Assembly: GCA_043228905.1 (NCBI GenBank)
Contig: JBHGNT010000004.1
Coordinates: 16,182,001 to 16,246,000, forward strand
Direction of reading: 5' to 3'
DNA length: 64,000 nt
From: Azolla caroliniana
Taxonomy: Eukaryota; Plantae; Polypodiophyta
Below the pieces are notes generated by a model. The model made no database searches. It was given only the letters and a program-made list of their open reading frames with translations, and was not told the origin of the DNA. Position 1 is the stretch's first letter, and each line of letters starts with the position of its first letter. Both the position numbers and the translations under genes were made by a program. Below, piece after piece: positions 58,401 through 64,000 of this stretch.

Positions 58401-61400
58401 TGCGCGTGAACCGTTTCCTTGGTTCCTTGCGTGGGGAGAGCACGGCAGAGTCTCCACCACTTGTCGTCTCTTCATCCGACTAGTCCAACCGACTCAGTCG
58501 CTCGTTCGGTCCACTCAACCATAACGATTCCGGACTCTCATCTTGAGTCTCGGCTTCATCATCCTCTGCCAGGACTGATTCAGGCTCACTGGCCTAATCT
58601 TCCGGCATTGGGTCGGGATCGGAAGTCGGAGTCGGTACGGAGTACCAGGATGCCGATTCATCGAACTCGACATCCCGGCTAACTCGGATTTCCTTCATCC
58701 GGGGGTTATAGCACTTATACCCCTTTTGCTCTTGAGCATAGCCGACTAGGATGCATTTTTCCGACTTTGCATCCAGCTTTCTCCGCTTCTAATCCGGCAC
58801 ATGCACATACGCTATGCTTCCGAATATCCGAAGGTGTCTTAAGTTCAGCTTGCGCCCAAAATATAGCTCATGAGCTGACACCTTGTCACCAATGCGGTTT
58901 TGTATGTAGACGGCCGTCTGGACCGCCTCCGCCCAGTAGAACCGGGGCATGCTCTTCTCCTCCAGCATTGCCCTTGCCACTTCGACGAGTGTCCGGTTCT
59001 TCCTTTCGGCCACACCGTTTTGCTCCGGTGTCTATCTGCAACTGAACTCTCTCCGAATTCCCTTCTGCTGCAGATAACTAGTGAATTGGACGGAAAAATA
59101 TTACTTTCCGCCATCCGACCGAAGGCACTTGATCTTCCTCTCTGATTCCCGTTCCACCATCTTCTGGAGGCTCCGGAAACAGTTGAAGACTTCGCTCTTC
59201 CGCTCAACAAGGTAGATCCAAGTATGTCGAGTATAGTCATCGATGAAGGAGACGAAGTATCGGCTCCCGCCAAGGCTTACACTTTGTGCCGGTCCCCACA
59301 CATCCGAGTGGATGAGATCGAGCTTGTTACGGCTCCGGTGCCATTCGGTGGGGAATGGAAGCCGGTGTTGCTTCCCAAGTTGGCAGGCTTCACAAATTTC
59401 GGCTCTCCGGCCGCTGAACTTCGGCAAACCGAAAACGACTTGTTTCGTTTGCAGGTCTTGAAGCCTCCAGTAGTTGACGTGGCCTATCCGCTTGTGCCAC
59501 AGGTCGATGTCTGACTCGACCTTCTGTCGTTTCGCGAACAGAGCGGTGCCAAAGTCAATGGTGTTGAGGATAAACATCCTCCCGTCTCTGCGCCCTTGCA
59601 CAATGACTTTGCCCTCATCCTCAATGAAGCACCCGAGGTGCGTAAACCGCACCTGCATCCCCTAGTCGACAATCTGACCGACGGACACCAAGTTCTTCGT
59701 GATTGTCAGAACGTGTAATACGTTCATCAGCTTCCCTTTCTGTCCGACGTGGCTTAGAGGGACTTCTCCGACGTGCACGATTGGGTGAGGAGTGTCGTCT
59801 CCGGTTTCGACTACTCCTGGTTGATCCGGTTTCTCTAGAAAGGAGAACCACTCTTTGTGGCTCGTCATGTGGTTCGACGCGCCGGAATCAACATACCACA
59901 TTTCCTCCATTTTGGAAGTGGTCTTCTTCATTGAGTTTGCCTTGTGATTCATCACCAAGGTTGGCCCCTTACCGGCCATTCCGGTTCCGGATCCTCCTGA
60001 TATGTTTGCGTAGTGCGAGTTTTGCCGGCCACCCTTACCGGTCTTGCCGGATCCGGATTTGTCCGAATCGGCACGCTTTCTCCAGCACTCGCTTTCCCTA
60101 TGGCCTTTTTTGCCACAGTACCAGCATTCCGTAGCAGATTTGTCTTGCCGGCCTCCGGCACCACCTTGACTCCCCCTGCTTGTGGAAGTCTTGGAACTGC
60201 TGTCGGCACACTCATAGTGCCTTCGTTCCTACTCTTGTCGGCCGCCTCCATTGCATGCCGACCCACCTCTTCCACCACGCCCACGGAGCCGATCCGTTCC
60301 CGTGTACAACATTTGGTTGTCCGGGGATGCACTGGTAGATGCACCGGCGTGGTTCTCCTCTACAAGGAGCATCGACTGTAAGTCGAAGAATGAGGGGGTA
60401 TTCTCCCTTGTACACACCGCAGTCTGGAACACTCCGAACTTGGACGCCAGGCCCCCGAGACATACTTGCACCATCTCGTCTTCCTCTACGGTAACATTGA
60501 TAGAAGCGAGCAAGTCGCAGATTTCCTTAATCCGGCCCGTGTAGTCTGCCACGGACATGTTCTTCTGTCGAACATTGCTCAGCTCCTATCTGAGTTGCAG
60601 CTTCCGGGCAATGGTGCTTGCGGCGAAAACCTTTTTCAGGTTCCCCCAAGCATCCTTCGGTGTCTTGGCGTCACGGATGTGGCTGAGCAGCTGATCGGCG
60701 ACACTGGACGCGAAGCAGTACATCACCCTACTTGCCGCCTATTCCCATATCGGGAAGTCCTTGTGTGCCGAGTCGGGCGCCGCATCATTCGCTCCTTCGA
60801 CATAACTCCAGTACCCGTGTCCAAGCAGGTACTGGTGCATCTTGTAAGACGAAGATGCGTAGTTGCTCTTGTCGAGCTTCTCCACCGGGAGCGACGTAGC
60901 CATGCCTCTATCCATGTCTTCTACTGTGTCTGTTTTCAACCTGTTAGGCTTTTCTTCTCAAGAGTAAATGTCTGCAGCAGAGGTTCTCAACCCTCGCGCT
61001 CTGATACCATGTAAACGTAAGTGTTTGCGGAAGCGTAAAACAGAGAATAACAGAGAGAGACAGACAGACAGACAGACAGAGAGAGCAGAACACAATTTAA
61101 AAAATTATATCAAGACTCCGTACACACACTGTGCTAAGTAGCACTATTTATACAAGTCCTTTTGGGACTGACAGAAGTACCATGTACTTCAATGCTCACA
61201 CGAGCATCTGACACTTACTACGAGACTATAGCTACCTAGTAGTCTATCCTATACTAGGCTTCCGATTGGACTTCCGGTTACTGATTGCACCCGGCCTCCA
61301 CTGCTTGCCGGTTCGGTTGCTCACCGTAATACCGATCCGTTTCGCCCGATCCGTCTCGCTTACCGGCTCCGGCTTATTCAGCCGATCCGGCTCCGGTTGA

Positions 61401-61415
61401 GCTTGCCGCTCAACA
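55482..61415 (-). mobile_element. Full-length Copia family A copy A5, TSD ATTTC, polyprotein disrupted by stops and frameshifts
   Basis: 5' LTR 61010-61415, 3' LTR 55482-55878; ATTTC at 55477-55481 and 61416-61420; PBS TGGTATCAGAGC 60998-61009; PPT 55879-55887; ORFs 60739-60939, 60229-60558, 59662-59979, 59101-59658, 57358-58443 (YVDD), 55873-56886. Confidence 0.96.
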
Positions 61416-62602
61416 ATTTCAAATATGTTTGAGATACTTGGGCTATTAGTACTATTAATACTATCAGACACTCTATTAGTACGATTAATACTATCAGACA
61501 CTCCTAAGGGAAGAATTGACTCGGGTTTAGTACGAGCTACGATTTGATTTACCTGTCTTCTTGGCCTATGGGGACAATTGATTGCGATATGCCTTGGTCC
61601 ACCGCAATAAAGACATAATCGATTTGCACGTCGTCGTTGCTTTCCTTCTTCCGATAACGAGCCACGTCGATCTCCATCGGTGTTAGAGTATTTGCTTGAG
61701 GTATGTCTCGTGCAAACAGTTTAGCTGCGATTGAGGCGTAAGTGGGCTCCGTCCTAGGGCGTGGTATTTCTAATTGACGTTCCGAATGTTGTTCGAAAAG
61801 GTGGTTGTCGCATCGGACCGCTCGACTGATTGCCTCTGTAAGAGACTTTGGTTCTTCGGGGAAGGTTAGAAGTAGATCTTTGACATCATTTCGTAGGCCG
61901 TAGCAAAACTGCTCCATTAGTGCCTGATCATCCCAAGGGATATCTGAAGCGAGTAGACGGAAATCCGCCGCGTAGGTAGAGGCTTGACAATTGCCTTGAC
62001 GCAATCGTCGGATTTTGTTGATCGTCATCTGGATGCTGTCTATATCTCCAAAGCAAGATTTAAACTCACTAATAAAGTCCTCAAAGTTATTAAGTAAGGG
62101 CGATTGTTTTTCTAGAAGCGGAGCAAACCATACCAAGGTTGAGCCGCTAAGCAACGTGCCTATTAGGCCGACTCAGGATACATTAGTGGAGTATCGAGAC
62201 GGATGCATTTGAATGACTAAGTGTACCTGATTGAGGAATCCCCTAAATTGTGATCGCGTTCCATCAAATTTCACAGGAAGTCCAATCTTGGGCTCTTTAT
62301 GAAATCCTTGGGGACTTGATCCTTGTTGTTGCAATGCTGCTTCTAGTTGTTGCACACGTAACGCTAACTCCCCATGTTTTTGTTGCAACTCCCCATGTTG
62401 CTGCTGCGTTTGTTGTTTTTCTAGGGAGATTTGTTGAAGATCTCCTAACAACCGTTGGTTTTCTTGTTCTAAGGCAACAAATTTTTCTTTTAGACACTGT
62501 AGCTCGGAGAAAACGGATTGGTATTCTTGGGCGCTAACAGAAGCCATTGTATAGAAAAAGGATAAGAGGATGAGGGAAACCAAAAGAAAGACTAGAGAGG
62601 GA

Positions 62603-62614
62603 AAATTGGTTCAA
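62603..62614 (-). promoter_or_regulatory. Non-tRNA (self-priming type) primer binding site of F
   Basis: TTGAACCAATTT (-) 2 nt after the inferred LTR end; exact complement of 62842-62853 inside the LTR. Confidence 0.7.
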
Positions 62615-62616
62615 AC

Positions 62617-62991
62617 TATCAGGAATAGTACTAAAACAGAGAGAGAATTAGTACTAGAGAAGGGAAGTACTATTAGTACTAAGAGGACGGGACTGCGTAA
62701 GACTCCCGAGAGAGAGAAAAGAGAAGAGGAGAGAGAGAGAAAGATAGTGAGAAAGAGAGAGAGAGAGAGAGAGATGATGATAACAGATGATATATTATAG
62801 GAAGAGTAAGTACAAGATGACTATGACGCTTAAGACTAGCGTTGAACCAATTTGGGTCAACATAATGCCTAGTGCCTTCTTTTATAGTGTTCTTAGGAGT
62901 AATCCTGAAGCTTCTAGAATGTTCTAGAGAAATCTGGAATATACATTAATTTCCTATAATAAAACCTAAATGAAAATAATATCCTACGTAT
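62617..62991 (-). repeat. Partial 5' LTR of F (end of U3, R, U5), interrupted by B4
   Basis: TATAAAAG at 62886-62879 (-), CT-rich R/U5, ends TGATA (degenerate TGACA) at 62617. Confidence 0.7.
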
Positions 62992-64000
62992 TGACGGGAA
63001 CCCCAACGTTCCTTATGCGCGACGCTCGGCCACAACCGGGCGTAGAATGATACACAGAAAAACGGGAATTAAAACACGACACAAAAGGAGAGGAAGATAC
63101 ACACACACTACATAGGAGGTTTACATGGAAAACCCCAAACTAGGGGAAAAACCACGGCAGCCCACAGGCTGCAAACTGTCACTATGTATGAATGTACATA
63201 ACAGTGAGTTCTCGGAGGCAACGACCTCGGACTCACGCTCTTCGCCACAGGCGGCGGTTACAACAGAGGCAGCGACCTCTTTCTCTCTCACTCTCTCTCT
63301 GTACAGTTACGCACACTGATCTCTCGTGCAAAACAGAAATTGACAACAACAACTAAAAGTTTGCCCTAAGTCATATTTATACTAATATGACTTTTCGGCT
63401 ATTTACAAATATAGCCTCGATGGGCTCTCAGAAACATATTTACGAATATGTCTCTTCCTCCGGTTCTGCACCATCCGGCTCTCCGTAGCCGGGTACTCCT
63501 CATCCGGTTCACACCGGGCCTGCACCATCCGGCTCTCTGTAGCCGAGTACTACTCATCTGGTTCACACCGGGCCTGTATCATCCGGCTCTCCGTAGCCGG
63601 GTACTCCTCATCCGGTTCACCCCGGGCCTGTATCATCCGGCTCTCCGTAGCCGGGTACTCCTCATCCGGTTCACACCGGGCCTGTATCATCCGGCTCTCC
63701 GTAGCCGGGTACTCCTCATACCGTTTCTCCCTTCCCATCCGGAGGGACCTGTCTCCCAACAAACTCCCCCTTCACTCCGGCATGGGGTGTCTTACCAATC
63801 CGATTCTCTTCCGGCATGCATCCAGCTTGTCGGGTGTCAGCACTTTGGTCAGCATATCTGGCCTGTTCTCAGCCGTGTGAATCTTCGTCAGTGCGAACTC
63901 CTGGTCATCTACTCTTTCCCGGATCCAGTGATACCTCCGCTGGATATGCTTCGTCCGGGAATGGTAGGCCGCATTTTTAGCAAGGTGGATGGCACTTTGA
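62992..64000 (-). mobile_element. Copia B4 (B1 family): 3' LTR, PPT and RNase H end; continues beyond the window
   Basis: LTR 62992-63761 matching B1 LTRs with five 54-bp units; PPT 63764-63773; HSRTKHIQRRYHWIRE coding on - strand. Confidence 0.95.

Larger units (their letters stand above)
46611..62991 (-). mobile_element. Ty3/Gypsy chromovirus F (Tcn1/Tf1-sushi-like), degenerate; host of B3, A5 and B4
   Basis: PEG10/sushi-like gag from ATG 62547 (EPKIGLPVKFDG, LRQG, CLYCGGPRHIAINC); protease LLDSRANSCFMD ~55260-55295; RT ([23 protein letters not shown]) 54257-54800; RNase H 53443-54018; integrase 47191-48159; chromodomain 46664-46945; PPT 46672-46684. Confidence 0.93.

Noticed and set aside
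61549-62583. Domesticated PEG10/RTL1-like host gene
   Set aside because: Has a stop and a frameshift and lies in a retroelement with LTR remnants, pol and PPT

Overview
Repeat-rich nuclear DNA from a land plant, probably a non-seed plant such as a fern (inferred from a Tcn1/sushi-type chromovirus). One intact host gene is present: an 11-exon PHT4/ANTR (SLC17-family) plastid anion transporter, CDS 34531-41030 (+), about 595 aa. It sits in a ~9.8 kb island with no recognisable LTR elements (33571-43337), flanked by two deep nests of LTR retrotransposons. Left nest (1096-33570): several Ale-like Copia fragments (family A), a Tat-like Gypsy fragment, two Tnt1/Tork-like Copia (B1 11321-16920, TSD ATAAC; B2 ~18067-32310), and, inside B2, Copia C (20566-25585) and AT-rich Copia D1 (26150-31544). 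Right nest: Copia D2 (43338-46610) interrupted by chromovirus F (46611 to beyond 62991). F itself carries Copia B3 with an uninterrupted 1357-aa polyprotein (48176-53387, TSD TGGCA), Copia A5 (55482-61415, TSD ATTTC) and Copia B4 (62992 to window end). Most notable signals: (1) a conserved extra coding tail between two copies of the Pol-end/PPT motif in family A; (2) Tf1-type self-priming architecture plus a G-TTA-AAC -1 frameshift cassette in F; (3) a coding-intact B3 whose 3' LTR has lost its promoter and whose gag looks swapped; (4) conserved hairpins around the PPT and TATA boxes; (5) strong CCGG enrichment in the GC-rich Copia. All calls were made by eye and lineage names are tentative.
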